A DNA stretch of 63,240 nt, the filler included. It is 7 parts of 7 records of this genome, joined end to end, with 100 filler letters (N's around TTAATTAATTAA, not from the genome) between each part and the next. Parts side by side here need not be neighbours in the genome. Positions count along the whole stretch, not along the records: positions 35,293 to 50,386 come from SRR11831586_230; positions 50,487 to 53,347 come from SRR11831586_232; 5 more parts are not named here. One strand, written 5' to 3'. The translations under genes were made by a program, and so were the position numbers. Under the pieces are notes generated by a model, which worked only from the letters and a program-made list of their open reading frames with translations, was not told the origin of the DNA and did not search any database. Within the stretch, counting starts at the first letter, position 1. Each line of letters opens with the position of its first letter. Shown piece by piece: positions 35,624-53,447 of the stretch.

Positions 35624-38254
35624 TTATTGCAATTTCGCGCTGACCCAGCCTTTCACACTGGCTAACGCTGCAGGTAAGGCCGCAGCATCCGTACCACCGG
35701 CTTGCGCCATGTCAGGACGTCCACCACCCTTGCCGCCCACCTGCTGAGCGACCATACCAATCAGTTCCCCTGCTTTCACACGATCTGTGACGTCCTTAGA
35801 TACGCCTGCAATCAGAGAAACCTTACCTTCGACTACCGTTGCCAGCACGATAATTGTCGACCCCAGCTGATTTTTTAAATCGTCAACCATGGTACGCAAC
35901 ATTTTCGGCTCAACACCGCTAAGCTCGCTAACCAACAGCTTAACACCATTAACATCAATTGCCTTACTGGAAAGATTTGCGCTCTCCTGTGCGGCAGCTT
36001 GTTCTTTAAGCTGTTGTAACTCTTTTTCCAGCTGACGCGTACGTTCCAGTACTGAGCGCACTTTATCAGCCAGATTATTGCTATCGCCTTTCAGCAGATG
36101 CGCGACTTCGCTTAAGCGATCGCTGTCTGCATGAACGGTGGCGATAGCACCTTCTCCGGTTACCGCTTCGATACGACGAACGCCTGCAGCAGTACCCGAT
36201 TCAGAGATGATGCGGAACAGACCAATATCACCAGTGCGGCTGGCGTGAGTACCGCCACACAACTCGGTAGAGAAATCGCCCATGCTCAGCACGCGTACGC
36301 GCTCATCATACTTCTCGCCGAACAGCGCCATCGCACCTTTCGCTTTCGCCGCTTCGAGATCCATGATGTTGGTTTCGATCGGCAAATTGCGACGAATCTG
36401 TGTGTTCACCAGGTCTTCGACCGCACGAATCTCTTCTGGTTTCATCGCTTCGTTGTGTGAGAAGTCGAAGCGCAGCACCTTGTCGTTAACCAGTGAACCT
36501 TTCTGCGATACATGAGTACCCAGAACCTGGCGCAGCGCAGCGTGCATCAGGTGCGTTGCGGAGTGATTCAGACGAATACGGGCGCGACGAGCCTCATCAA
36601 CATCAGCCTGCACCGCGTCGCCCACTTTCAGAGAACCCGCAGCAAGTTTACCGATGTGACCAATCGCCTGGCCGTATTTCTGCGTATCTTCCACCGCAAA
36701 GGAGAAGTTAGCGCCTTTCAGTTCGCCTTTATCGCCAACCTGACCGCCGGATTCCGCATAGAATGGCGTTTGATCCAGCACGACCACAGCTTCCTGGCCT
36801 GCATTGATGGCATCAACCGCTTTACCATCAACAAACAGCGCAGTCACTTTGCCGTTCAGTTCCAGATGGTCATAGCCTTTAAATTCAGATGCACTGTCAA
36901 CACGGATCATTGCGTTGTAATCGGCACCAAAGCCGCTGGCTTCGCGCGCGCGACGACGCTGCTCTTCCATTGCAGCTTCAAAACCAGCTTCGTCAACTTT
37001 GATGTTGCGCTCACGACAAACATCAGCCGTCAGGTCAACCGGGAAGCCATAGGTGTCGTACAGACGGAAAGCAGTTTCACCATCCAGCGTATCACCAGAA
37101 AGTTTTGCCAGCTCTTCATCCAGCAACGCCAGACCGCGCTCCAGAGTACGAGCAAACTGCTCTTCTTCAGTCTTCAGCACCTGCTCAACCTGCGCCTGCT
37201 GGCGTTTCAGGTCTTCACCCGCAGAGCCCATAACGTCGATCAGCGGACCAACCAGTTTGTAGAAGAAGGTTTCTTTCGCGCCGAGCATATTACCGTGACG
37301 CACTGCGCGACGAATGATACGACGCAGTACATAACCACGGTTTTCATTGGACGGCATTACGCCATCCGCGATCAGGAACGCACAAGAACGAATGTGGTCA
37401 GCGATTACGCGCAGCGATTTATTGCTCAGATCGGTTGCGCCAGTGACTTTCGCTACCGCCTGGATCAGCGTGCGGAACAGGTCGATGTCATAGTTAGAGT
37501 TAACGTGTTGCAGCACCGCAGCAATACGCTCCAGACCCATACCGGTATCTACAGACGGCTTCGGCAGCGGTTCCATCGTGCCATCGGCCTGGCGGTTGAA
37601 CTGCATGAAGACGATGTTCCAGATCTCAATGTAGCGGTCGCCGTCTTCTTCCGGGCTTCCCGGAGGGCCCCCCCAAATGTGGTCGCCGTGATCGTAGAAG
37701 ATTTCGGTGCACGGGCCGCACGGACCAGTGTCACCCATCTGCCAGAAGTTGTCAGATGCGTATGGCGCACCTTTGTTATCGCCGATGCGAATAATACGTT
37801 CGCGCGGGATCCCTACTTCTTTTTCCCAGATTTCGTAGGCTTCGTCGTCGCTTTCATAGACGGTAACCCACAGACGCTCTTTCGGCAGGGCAAACCATTT
37901 TTCGCTGGTCAGCAGTTCCCATGCAAACTGAATGGCATCGTGTTTGAAATAGTCGCCGAAGCTGAAGTTGCCCAGCATTTCGAAGAAGGTATGGTGACGC
38001 GCGGTGTAACCGACGTTTTCCAGGTCGTTGTGTTTACCACCCGCACGCACGCAGCGTTGGGAAGTGGTAGCGCGGGAATAATTACGCTTGTCGAGCCCAA
38101 GGAACACATCCTTGAACTGGTTCATCCCGGCGTTGGTAAACAACAAAGTTGGGTCGTTATGGGGTACCAGGGAGCTGCTGGCAACTACCTGATGTCCCTT
38201 ACTATGGAAAAAGTCGAGAAACGCCTGACGGATCTCAGCGGTGCTCTTGCTCAT
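35624..38254 (-). CDS. alaS: Alanine--tRNA ligase
   Basis: 876 aa; [26 protein letters not shown]. Confidence 0.99.
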
Positions 38255-38381
38255 AATTATCCTGAAATCAAGCTAACGAAATATCGCCACCAGCTCCAGC
38301 GTGTCTTAACCGCCGGGCTGGTAACTGAAAAGTGGGAATAAGATAAGTTTTCTTGACTGGGAAGTAAAATACCGTATGCGT

Positions 38382-38882
38382 TCAGTCGGCAAAATTTCGC
38401 CAAATCTCCTGGATATCTTCCATCAGATAGCCACGATAGAGCAGAAAACGCTGGATCTTAACTTTTTCTGAAAAGACAGTTGGCAAAGGTTCGCCATATT
38501 TTCGCGTCGCCTGATCGCGCGCCAGTGCGCACCAGTCGATGTCACATTCACGCATCGCTTTTTCTGTCGCTTCGCGGGAAATACCTTTCTGATTCAGTTC
38601 CTGGCGAATACGCGCAGGTCCATAACCTTTGCGGCTACGGCTGGCGATAAAGCGCGCAACAAATCGGCTGTCATCGAGATAGCCATGTTCATGGCACCAG
38701 GCAATAACGCGCTCGTAATCTTCTGCCGTAGCATCAATCTCTTCTGGGCCATTTTTGCCCATAATCGGTGCCGCGAGTTTACGTCGCAGTTCTTGCTCAC
38801 TGTGATCGCGCACCGCCAGAATGCGTACCGCACGATCCAACAGGCGAGCATATGCCGGGCGACGGGATGTTGATTCTGTCAT
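38382..38882 (-). CDS. recX: RecA inhibitor
   Basis: 166 aa downstream of rec[14 protein letters not shown]. Confidence 0.96.
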   Translation of the reverse strand: MTESTSRRPAYARLLDRAVRILAVRDHSEQELRRKLAAPIMGKNGPEEIDATAEDYERVIAWCHEHGYLDDSRFVARFIASRSRKGYGPARIRQELNQKGISREATEKAMRECDIDWCALARDQATRKYGEPLPTVFSEKVKIQRFLLYRGYLMEDIQEIWRNFAD

Positions 38883-38898
38883 GGCATATCCTTACAAC

Positions 38899-38933
38899 TT
38901 AAAAAAGCAAAAGGGCCGCAGATGCGACCCTTG
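38899..38933 (-). terminator. recA-recX intergenic hairpin
   Basis: AAGGGTCGCA-tc-TGCGGCCCTT followed by T-rich tract on minus strand. Confidence 0.7.
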
Positions 38934-38950
38934 TGTATCAAACAAGACGA

Positions 38951-40091
<1,141 letters not shown>

Positions 40092-40095
<4 letters not shown>

Positions 40096-40589
40096 GTGTT
40101 TTGTAGAAATTGTTGCCACAAGGTCTGCAATGCATACGCAGTAGCCTGACGACGCACCGCATCACGGTCGCCGCTGAAGCATTCCCGCCGGGTAATGCCT
40201 TCACCGCGGGCAGTGGCAAAAGCAAACCAGACGGTGCCGACAGGCTTCTCTTCACTGCCGCCATCCGGCCCGGCGATACCACTAATAGACACGGCATAAT
40301 CAGCACGAGCCGCTTTCAGTGCGCCTATCGCCATTTCCACCACGACGGGTTCACTCACCGCGCCATGCTGCGCCAGCGTCTCTTCGCGTACGCCGATCAT
40401 CTGCGCTTTGGCTTCGTTACTGTAGGTGACAAATCCGCGTTCAAACCAGGCGGAGCTACCGGCAATATCGGTAATCACTTTCGCTACCCAACCACCGGTA
40501 CAAGACTCGGCAGTTGTTACGGTTGCGCCACGGGCTTTCAGCGCCTGCCCAACCTGTTCACTTAACTGCATCAGTTCACTGTCAGTCAT
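40092..40589 (-). CDS. pncC: NMN amidohydrolase (CinA C-terminal family, ygaD)
   Basis: 165 aa; AESCTGG, GAVS, SGIAGP. Confidence 0.95.
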
Positions 40590-40733
40590 CACAACCTCTG
40601 TCAGTCAAAAATTTATGCCGGACAAGATAGCACTTTCGTCAGGAAGATGGTGTTGGCGTTGCAATTTTACGAGGAGGATTCAGAAAAAAGCTGATTAGCC
40701 AGAGGGAAGCTCACGCCCCCCTCTTGTAAATAG

Positions 40734-41819
40734 CTACTGTACTCGCGCCAGCGCCACGGCTTGTCCTAACTGCCAGACCGCCATTGCGTAATGGGTGCTG
40801 TGGTTGTAACGGGTGATGGTGTAGAAGTTCGGCAGACCGTACCAGTACTGGTAGCCGGTGCCAACATCCAGACGCAGCAGGCTGGCTTGTTGATGGTTGC
40901 CCAGCGGCTGCTGTGGCGTTAAACCTGCGGCGGCAAGCTGCGAAATGCTGTACTTAGTTTTGAAGCCATTTGGCAAGCCTGGAGCCTGACCGTTTGCCAT
41001 TACCGCGACCTGATCGCCTTTCACCCAGCCGTGCGCTTTGAAATAGTTCGCCACGCTACCGATCGCATCAACCGGATCCCACAGGTTGATATGCCCGTCG
41101 CCGCTGAAATCTACCGCATATTGTTTGTAAGACGACGGCATAAACTGTCCGTAGCCCATCGCCCCGGCAAAGGAACCTTTCAGATTGAGCGGATCGTCCT
41201 GCTCGTCGCGCGCCATCAACAGGAAGGTTTCCAGCTCGCCAGAGAAATACTCCGCGCGGCGTGGGTAGTTAAATGACAGCGTTGCCAGCGCATCGAGGAT
41301 GCGAGTTTTCCCCATCACGCGCCCCCAGCGGGTTTCAACGCCGATAATCCCGACGATAATTTCCGGCGGTACTCCATACACCTGCCACGCGCGATTCAAC
41401 GCATCTTCATACTGATTCCAGAAAACCACACCGTTCTGCACGTTGTCCGGCGTAATAAATTTTTTGCGATAACGGAGCCATGCGCCGTTCGGACCTGATG
41501 GCGGTTTCACCGATGTGGTTGGTGCCTGGTTATCCATCAGCCGCAGTACCGAATCCAGACGCTTCGCCTGGGAGAGAATTTCCTGCAACTGCTGACGATC
41601 GAAACCGTGTTTGTTCACCATTTTGTCGATGAACTGCTGGGCATTCGGGTTATTAGCGAAATCGCCGCCCATCTGCATCACATTGTGCTGCGGCTCAAGC
41701 AGGAAGCCGCCAGACGGCGTTCCGGTGGTCGTATCAGTCTCAGTAGGTTTTGGCTTGCTGCTACAGGCGGCAAGCAACACAAAAAGGGGAAGCAATGTTA
41801 CATAACGACGCTTGAACAT
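40734..41819 (-). CDS. mltB: Membrane-bound lytic transglycosylase B
   Basis: 361 aa from MFKRRY; LAAC lipobox; GVETRWG, GAMGYGQFMPS. Confidence 0.96.
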   Translation of the reverse strand: MFKRRYVTLLPLFVLLAACSSKPKPTETDTTTGTPSGGFLLEPQHNVMQMGGDFANNPNAQQFIDKMVNKHGFDRQQLQEILSQAKRLDSVLRLMDNQAPTTSVKPPSGPNGAWLRYRKKFITPDNVQNGVVFWNQYEDALNRAWQVYGVPPEIIVGIIGVETRWGRVMGKTRILDALATLSFNYPRRAEYFSGELETFLLMARDEQDDPLNLKGSFAGAMGYGQFMPSSYKQYAVDFSGDGHINLWDPVDAIGSVANYFKAHGWVKGDQVAVMANGQAPGLPNGFKTKYSISQLAAAGLTPQQPLGNHQQASLLRLDVGTGYQYWYGLPNFYTITRYNHSTHYAMAVWQLGQAVALARVQ

Positions 41820-41981
41820 GAGGGGTCCATTTAACAGATTCAACCAGGGGCAAGTATGGTAAAGCATCACGCCCCGCACAAGGAAGCGGTAGTCACTGCC
41901 CGATACGGACTTTACATAACTCAACTCATTCCCCTCGCTATCCTTTTATTCAAACTTTCAAATTAAAATATTTATCTTTCA

Positions 41982-42003
41982 TTTTGCGATCAAAATAACA
42001 CTT
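41982..42003 (+). promoter_or_regulatory. CRP site of srl operon promoter
   Basis: tttTGCGAtcaaaaTAACActt. Confidence 0.65.
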
Positions 42004-42056
42004 TTAAATCTTTCAATCTGATTAGATTAGGTTGCCGTTTGGTAATAAAACAATAA

Positions 42057-43594
<1,538 letters not shown>

Positions 43595-43604
43595 AGGCTG
43601 AAAC

Positions 43605-44759
<1,155 letters not shown>

Positions 44760-44766
44760 TCAACAG

Positions 44767-44833
44767 CGGAGATCCATTAAGGATCTCCGTGAGACTATAG
44801 AATGCCTGATGCGCTACGCTCATCAGGCATACA
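44767..44833. repeat. Stem-loop (44767-44789) plus single REP (44804-44833) between srlD and gutM
   Basis: CGGAGATCC-attaa-GGATCTCCG; GCCTGATGCGCTACGCTCATCAGGCATACA. Confidence 0.75.
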
Positions 44834-44863
44834 GGACTTCCGCCACTACATTAAGGAAAAGTT

Positions 44864-45223
44864 ATGGTATCCGCACTCATCACCGTCGCCGTTATCGCCT
44901 GGTGTGCGCAACTGGCCTTAGGCGGCTGGCAAATTTCTCGTTTTAACCGTGCCTTCGACACACTATGCCAGCAAGGGCGGGTTGGCGTGGGCCGTTCCAG
45001 CGGGCGCTTTAAACCGCGGGTCGTGGTCGCCATCGCGCTGGACGATCAGCAGCGCATCGTCGACACCTTGTTTATGAAAGGACTGACCGTCTTCGCCCGA
45101 CCGCAAAAAATTCCCGCAATTACCGGTATGCATGCGGGTGATTTACAGCCCGATGTGATCTTTCCCCATGATCCACTATCACAGAATGCTCTATCATTGG
45201 CGCTTAAACTGAAACGTGGATAA
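44864..45223 (+). CDS. gutM: Glucitol operon activator
   Basis: 119 aa; operon position. Confidence 0.92.
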   Translation: MVSALITVAVIAWCAQLALGGWQISRFNRAFDTLCQQGRVGVGRSSGRFKPRVVVAIALDDQQRIVDTLFMKGLTVFARPQKIPAITGMHAGDLQPDVIFPHDPLSQNALSLALKLKRG

Positions 45224-45289
45224 TTTCGTTGTGAATGTTACTTGCTTGCGAAGTTATCATTTTGAAACCTAAATCAGGTAATCACGCCC

Positions 45290-46063
45290 ATGAAACCTCG
45301 TCAGCGTCAGGCCGCCATTCTGGAGTATCTGCAAAAGCAGGGTAAATGCTCGGTTGAAGAATTGGCGCAATACTTTGACACCACAGGCACAACCATTCGC
45401 AAAGATCTGGTCATTCTGGAACATGCCGGAACCGTCATTCGTACTTATGGCGGAGTGGTGTTGAATAAAGAGGAATCCGATCCGCCTATCGATCATAAAA
45501 CACTCATCAACACCCACAAGAAAGAGCTGATTGCAGAAGCTGCCGTTAGTTTTATCCATGATGGCGATTCGATCATTCTTGATGCTGGCAGTACCGTTTT
45601 GCAGATGGTTCCCCTGCTCTCGCGCTTTAATAACATCACGGTGATGACCAACAGCCTGCATATCGTCAATGCGCTATCCGAACTGGATAACGAACAAACT
45701 ATCCTGATGCCAGGCGGAACGTTTCGCAAAAAATCGGCCTCATTTCACGGGCAACTGGCAGAGAATGCCTTCGAGCATTTCACCTTCGATAAATTGTTTA
45801 TGGGCACCGACGGCATCGATCTCAATGCGGGCGTAACCACCTTTAACGAGGTTTATACCGTCAGTAAGGCAATGTGCAATGCCGCGCGCGAAGTGATTTT
45901 GATGGCGGACTCATCAAAGTTTGGCCGTAAAAGCCCCAACGTAGTTTGCAGTCTTGAAAGCGTCGATAAGCTGATTACCGACGCAGGTATCGATCCGGCG
46001 TTTCGTCAGGCGCTGGAAGAGAAAGGGATCGATGTGATCATAACCGGAGAGAGCAATGAGTGA
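45290..46063 (+). CDS. srlR: DeoR-family glucitol repressor
   Basis: 257 aa; TIRKDL...RTYGG, LDAGST. Confidence 0.96.
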
Positions 46064-47021
46064 AGCACTACTGAACGCGGGACGTCAGACGTTAATGCTG
46101 GAGTTGCAGGAAGCAAGCCGTTTACCGGAACGTCTGGGCGATGATTTTGTTCGCGCCGCCAATATCATCCTGCACTGTGAAGGCAAAGTGGTGGTTTCGG
46201 GAATTGGCAAATCGGGCCACATTGGTAAGAAAATCGCCGCAACGCTTGCCAGTACCGGCACTCCGGCTTTTTTTGTCCATCCGGCAGAAGCGCTGCACGG
46301 CGATCTGGGGATGATCGAAAGCCGCGATGTGATGCTGTTTATCTCTTACTCCGGTGGCGCGAAGGAACTGGATCTGATTATTCCGCGTCTGGAAGATAAA
46401 TCTATCGCGCTGCTGGCGATGACCGGCAAACCGACGTCACCGCTGGGCCTGGCGGCAAAAGCGGTGCTGGATATCTCCGTAGAACGCGAAGCCTGCCCGA
46501 TGCACCTTGCGCCGACCTCCAGCACCGTCAATACCCTGATGATGGGTGACGCGCTGGCGATGGCGGTCATGCAGGCGCGCGGATTTAATGAAGAAGATTT
46601 TGCCCGCTCCCACCCAGCCGGGGCACTGGGCGCTCGCTTGCTGAATAAAGTGCATCATCTGATGCGCCGTGACGATGCCATCCCACAGGTGGCGTTAACC
46701 GCCAGCGTGATGGATGCGATGCTGGAACTCAGCCGCACCGGTCTGGGGCTGGTGGCGGTATGTGACGCTCAACAACAGGTACAAGGCGTCTTTACCGACG
46801 GCGATTTACGTCGCTGGCTGGTTGGCGGCGGCGCACTCACCACGCCAGTCAATGAAGCGATGACGGTCGGCGGCACCACGTTGCAATCGCAAAGTCGCGC
46901 CATCGACGCCAAAGAGATCCTGATGAAGCGCAAAATCACTGCCGCACCGGTGGTGGATGAAAACGGCAAACTCACCGGCGCAATAAACCTGCAGGATTTC
47001 TATCAGGCCGGGATTATTTAA
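46056..47021 (+). CDS. gutQ: D-arabinose 5-phosphate isomerase (SIS + CBS)
   Basis: 321 aa; [21 protein letters not shown]. Confidence 0.96.
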
Positions 47022-48532
47022 TCCTTCAATCCCAGACGTTTCGCCAGCCGATGCAGGTTGGCGACGTCGGTTTCCAGCATCCGCGCGCAGGCAGCCCAGT
47101 TGTGATGATTTTGTGCCAGTGCCTGACGAATAGTTTCACGCTGGAACGCTTCTGTCGCTTCACGCAGGTTTTGCTTAACAACGGGCACCGCCGCCACTTC
47201 TGGCGTCGGCAACGTCACCTCAGGAAAAGCAAAATGTTGCGCCTCAAGAATCACTTCATCGCCGCTGCGGGTGGCTCTCGCCAGAACTACCGCCCGATGA
47301 ATAGCATGTTCCAGTTCGCGCACGTTTCCCGGAAAACTGTAGTGTTGCAGTAAATTTCGCGCTCCGGCACTTAATACCACGCGGGAGAGCCCCTGCCGCA
47401 AACGACACTGCTCGCAGAAATACCCCGCCAGCAGAATGACATCATCGCCCCGCTCACGCAGCGGCGGCACCGAAAGTGGAAACACGCTCAGGCGATGAAA
47501 CAAATCGGCGCGGAATCGCCCTGCCAGCACCTCTTCGCGTAAATCGCGGTTAGTCGCCGCCAGCACGCGCACATCGACCCGCAAACAACGGTCATCGCCA
47601 ACGCGCTGAATATCGCCATACTGCAACACCCTCAGCAGCTTGGCCTGCAATGCCAACGACAACTCGCCGATCTCATCCAGAAACAGCGTGCCGTTATCCG
47701 CCATTTCAAACTTCCCGCTGCGATTACTGATAGCGCCAGTAAACGCTCCTTTCACATGCCCGAACAACTCACTTTCCGCCACACTTTCCGGCAGTGCAGC
47801 ACAGTTGAGATAGACCAGCGGATTCACCGCCCGTGGCGAGGCTTCATGAATCGCTTTCGCCACCAGCTCCTTACCGGTTCCAGTCTCACCGCTGATCAGG
47901 ACGTTGAGATCGGACGCCGCCACAATCTCAATCTCTTTTTTCAGTTGCGTCATGCCAGGGGACAAGCCAATCATCTGCGTCTGTTTCACCGCTTCAAACG
48001 GCGTGGCATCGCCTGGCAGCATATTCTGGCTTTCCAGTTGTTCAATCAGCAACGCATTGCTTAACGCTCCCGCCGCCAGCGCAGCAATCAGCCGTAGCTC
48101 TTCGTCGCTGAAAACATCGAACTGATCGGGCTGCATCCCGTCGAGCGTCAGTGCGCCGATCAGGTTTTGCCCGGCAAACAATGGCAGACCAACGCAGGCG
48201 TGAACCTTCAGACTCTCCTGCCCAGGAATCAAACCGTCATAGGGATCGGGCAATTCGCTGTCTGCGGGAAAGCGCACCACATCCCCGGCGCGGGCAATCG
48301 CTTCCAGCCGTGGATGCCCTTCCAGCGCAAAGCGTCTACCGAGTACATCCTTTGCCAGACCGTCGATGGCAAGCGGAATAAACTGCCGCGAATCGTAACG
48401 TAGCAACGCAGACGCATCGCACTCCAGCACCTGACGTAGCGTGGTGATCAGGCGCTGAAAACGATCCTGGTGACCAATCCCACGCTGCAATTCGATGGCG
48501 ATATTCGCCAGCACATCAACGGAAAAACTCAT
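47018..48532 (-). CDS. norR: NO-responsive sigma54 activator
   Basis: 504 aa from [11 protein letters not shown] domain, [14 protein letters not shown]. Confidence 0.96.
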   Translation of the reverse strand: MSFSVDVLANIAIELQRGIGHQDRFQRLITTLRQVLECDASALLRYDSRQFIPLAIDGLAKDVLGRRFALEGHPRLEAIARAGDVVRFPADSELPDPYDGLIPGQESLKVHACVGLPLFAGQNLIGALTLDGMQPDQFDVFSDEELRLIAALAAGALSNALLIEQLESQNMLPGDATPFEAVKQTQMIGLSPGMTQLKKEIEIVAASDLNVLISGETGTGKELVAKAIHEASPRAVNPLVYLNCAALPESVAESELFGHVKGAFTGAISNRSGKFEMADNGTLFLDEIGELSLALQAKLLRVLQYGDIQRVGDDRCLRVDVRVLAATNRDLREEVLAGRFRADLFHRLSVFPLSVPPLRERGDDVILLAGYFCEQCRLRQGLSRVVLSAGARNLLQHYSFPGNVRELEHAIHRAVVLARATRSGDEVILEAQHFAFPEVTLPTPEVAAVPVVKQNLREATEAFQRETIRQALAQNHHNWAACARMLETDVANLHRLAKRLGLKD

Positions 48533-48544
48533 CTTTGCCTCACT

Positions 48545-48671
48545 GTCAATTTGACTATAGATATTGTCATATCGACCATTTGATTGATAGTCATTTTGAC
48601 TACTCATTAATGGGCATAATTTTATTTATAGAGTAAAAACAATCAGATAAAAAACTGGCACGCAATCTGCA
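48545..48671 (+). promoter_or_regulatory. norV promoter: three NorR sites GT-N7-AC (48545-55, 48566-76, 48590-600) and sigma54 -24/-12 element (48656-48670)
   Basis: GTCAATTTGAC, GTCATATCGAC, GTCATTTTGAC; TGGCACgcaatcTGC. Confidence 0.9.
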
Positions 48672-48718
48672 ATTAGCAAGACATCTTTTTAGAACACGCT
48701 GAATAAATTGAGGTTGCT

Positions 48719-50158
48719 ATGTCTATTGTGGTGAAAAATAACATTCATTGGGTTGGTCAACGTGACTGGGAAGTGCGTGATTTTCACGGCACGGAATATA
48801 AAACGCTGCGCGGCAGCAGCTACAATAGCTACCTCATCCGCGAAGAAAAAAACGTGCTGATCGACACCGTCGACCATAAATTCAGCCGCGAATTTGTGCA
48901 GAACCTGCGTAATGAAATCGATCTGGCGGATATCGATTACATCGTGATTAACCATGCAGAAGAGGACCACGCTGGGGCGCTGACCGAACTGATGGCACAA
49001 ATTCCCGATACGCCGATCTACTGTACAGCCAACGCTATCGACTCGATAAATGGTCATCACCATCATCCGGAGTGGAATTTTAATGTGGTGAAAACTGGCG
49101 ACACGCTGGATATCGGCAACGGCAAACAGCTCATTTTTGTCGAAACACCAATGCTGCACTGGCCGGACAGCATGATGACTTACCTGACAGGCGACGCGGT
49201 GCTGTTCAGTAACGATGCTTTCGGTCAACACTACTGCGACGAGCATCTGTTCAACGATGAAGTGGATCAGACGGAGCTTTTCGAGCAGTGCCAGCGTTAC
49301 TACGCCAATATCCTGACGCCGTTCAGCCGCCTGGTAACACCGAAAATTACCGAGATCCTGGGCTTTAACTTACCAGTCGATATGATAGCCACTTCCCACG
49401 GCGTGGTATGGCGCGATAACCCGACGCAAATTGTCGAGCTGTACCTGAAATGGGCGGCTGATTATCAGGAAGACAGAATCACCATTTTCTACGACACCAT
49501 GTCGAATAACACCCGCATGATGGCTGACGCTATCGCCCAGGGGATTGCGGAAACCGACCCACGCGTGGCGGTGAAAATTTTCAACGTCGCCCGAAGCGAT
49601 AAAAACGAAATCCTGACTAATGTCTTCCGCTCAAAAGGCGTGCTGGTCGGCACTTCGACGATGAATAACGTGATGATGCCGAAAATCGCCGGGCTGGTGG
49701 AGGAGATGACTGGTTTACGCTTCCGTAACAAACGCGCCAGTGCTTTCGGCTCTCACGGCTGGAGCGGCGGTGCGGTGGATCGTCTTTCCACGCGCCTGCA
49801 GGATGCGGGTTTCGAAATGTCGCTTAGCCTGAAAGCGAAATGGCGACCAGACCAGGACGCTCTGAAGTTATGCCGTGAACACGGTCGCGAAATCGCCCGT
49901 CAGTGGGCGCTCGCGCCGCTGCCGCAGAGCACGGTGAATACGGTAGTTAAAGAAGAAACCTCTGCCACCACGACGGCTGACCTCGGCCCACGGATGCAGT
50001 GCAGCGTCTGCCAGTGGATTTACGATCCGGCAAAAGGCGAGCCAATGCAGGACGTTGCGCCAGGAACGCCGTGGAGTGAAGTCCCGGATAACTTCCTCTG
50101 CCCGGAATGCTCCCTCGGCAAAGACGTCTTTGAAGAACTGGCATCGGAGGCAAAATGA
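48719..50158 (+). CDS. norV: Flavorubredoxin NO reductase
   Basis: 479 aa; NHAEEDH, flavodoxin domain, rubredoxin CSVC/CPEC. Confidence 0.97.
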   Translation: MSIVVKNNIHWVGQRDWEVRDFHGTEYKTLRGSSYNSYLIREEKNVLIDTVDHKFSREFVQNLRNEIDLADIDYIVINHAEEDHAGALTELMAQIPDTPIYCTANAIDSINGHHHHPEWNFNVVKTGDTLDIGNGKQLIFVETPMLHWPDSMMTYLTGDAVLFSNDAFGQHYCDEHLFNDEVDQTELFEQCQRYYANILTPFSRLVTPKITEILGFNLPVDMIATSHGVVWRDNPTQIVELYLKWAADYQEDRITIFYDTMSNNTRMMADAIAQGIAETDPRVAVKIFNVARSDKNEILTNVFRSKGVLVGTSTMNNVMMPKIAGLVEEMTGLRFRNKRASAFGSHGWSGGAVDRLSTRLQDAGFEMSLSLKAKWRPDQDALKLCREHGREIARQWALAPLPQSTVNTVVKEETSATTTADLGPRMQCSVCQWIYDPAKGEPMQDVAPGTPWSEVPDNFLCPECSLGKDVFEELASEAK

Positions 50159-50386
50159 GTAACGGCATTGTGATCATCGGTTCGGGCTTCGCCGCCCGCC
50201 AACTGGTGAAAAATATTCGCAAACAGGACGCCACTATTCCATTAACCCTGATTGCCGCCGACAGCATGGATGAGTACAACAAACCTGACCTCAGCCATGT
50301 TATCAGTCAGGGGCAACGTGCCGATGACCTTACCCGCCAGACGGCGGGTGAATTTGCCGAGCAGTTTAATCTGCACCTGTTTCCAC
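50155..50386 (+). CDS. norW: NADH:flavorubredoxin reductase, 3' truncated by gap
   Basis: GSGFAA, YNKPDLS. Confidence 0.93.
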
Positions 50387-50486
50387 NNNNNNNNNNNNNN
50401 NNNNNNNNNNNNNNNNNNNNNNNNNNNNNNTTAATTAATTAANNNNNNNNNNNNNNNNNNNNNNNNNNNNNNNNNNNNNNNNNNNN
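50387..50486. other. Artificial scaffold spacer
   Basis: N44-TTAATTAATTAA-N44. Confidence 0.99.
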
Positions 50487-50487
50487 C

Positions 50488-50838
<351 letters not shown>

Positions 50839-50851
50839 TCGGGGTGATTGA

Positions 50852-51898
<1,047 letters not shown>

Positions 51899-51923
51899 AG
51901 CTTAGTACCAAAGAGAGGACACA

Positions 51924-52913
51924 ATGCAGGGTTCTGTGACAGAGTTTCTAAAACCGCGCCTGGTTGATATCGAGCAAGTGAGTTCGACGCACGCCAAGGT
52001 GACCCTTGAGCCTTTAGAGCGTGGCTTTGGCCATACTCTGGGTAACGCACTGCGCCGTATTCTGCTCTCATCGATGCCGGGTTGCGCGGTGACCGAGGTT
52101 GAGATTGATGGTGTACTACATGAGTACAGCACCAAAGAAGGCGTTCAGGAAGATATCCTGGAAATCCTGCTCAACCTGAAAGGGCTGGCGGTGAGAGTTC
52201 AGGGCAAAGATGAAGTTATTCTTACCTTGAATAAATCTGGCATTGGCCCTGTGACTGCAGCCGATATCACCCACGACGGTGATGTCGAAATCGTCAAGCC
52301 GCAGCACGTGATCTGCCACCTGACCGATGAGAACGCGTCTATTAGCATGCGTATCAAAGTTCAGCGCGGTCGTGGTTATGTGCCGGCTTCTACCCGAATT
52401 CATTCGGAAGAAGATGAGCGCCCAATCGGCCGTCTGCTGGTCGACGCATGCTACAGCCCTGTGGAGCGTATTGCCTACAATGTTGAAGCAGCGCGTGTAG
52501 AACAGCGTACCGACCTGGACAAGCTGGTCATCGAAATGGAAACCAACGGCACAATCGATCCTGAAGAGGCGATTCGTCGTGCGGCAACCATTCTGGCTGA
52601 ACAACTGGAAGCTTTCGTTGACTTACGTGATGTACGTCAGCCTGAAGTGAAAGAAGAGAAACCAGAGTTCGATCCGATCCTGCTGCGCCCTGTTGACGAT
52701 CTGGAATTGACTGTCCGCTCTGCTAACTGCCTTAAAGCAGAAGCTATCCACTATATCGGTGATCTGGTACAGCGTACCGAGGTTGAGCTCCTTAAAACGC
52801 CTAACCTTGGTAAAAAATCTCTTACTGAGATTAAAGACGTGCTGGCTTCCCGTGGACTGTCTCTGGGCATGCGCCTGGAAAACTGGCCACCGGCAAGCAT
52901 CGCTGACGAGTAA
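51924..52913 (+). CDS. rpoA: RNA polymerase alpha subunit
   Basis: 329 aa; [14 protein letters not shown]. Confidence 0.99.
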
Positions 52914-52929
52914 CCGGATCACAGGTTAA

Positions 52930-53337
<408 letters not shown>

Positions 53338-53347
53338 TCTGAAGCAA

Positions 53348-53447
53348 NNNNNNNNNNNNNNNNNNNNNNNNNNNNNNNNNNNNNNNNNNNNTTAATTAAT
53401 TAANNNNNNNNNNNNNNNNNNNNNNNNNNNNNNNNNNNNNNNNNNNN
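53348..53447. other. Artificial scaffold spacer
   Basis: N44-TTAATTAATTAA-N44. Confidence 0.99.

Noticed and set aside
36512-38341. 609-aa ORF antisense to alaS
   Set aside because: Exact antisense-frame shadow of a highly codon-biased gene; no recognisable domain, no clear RBS.
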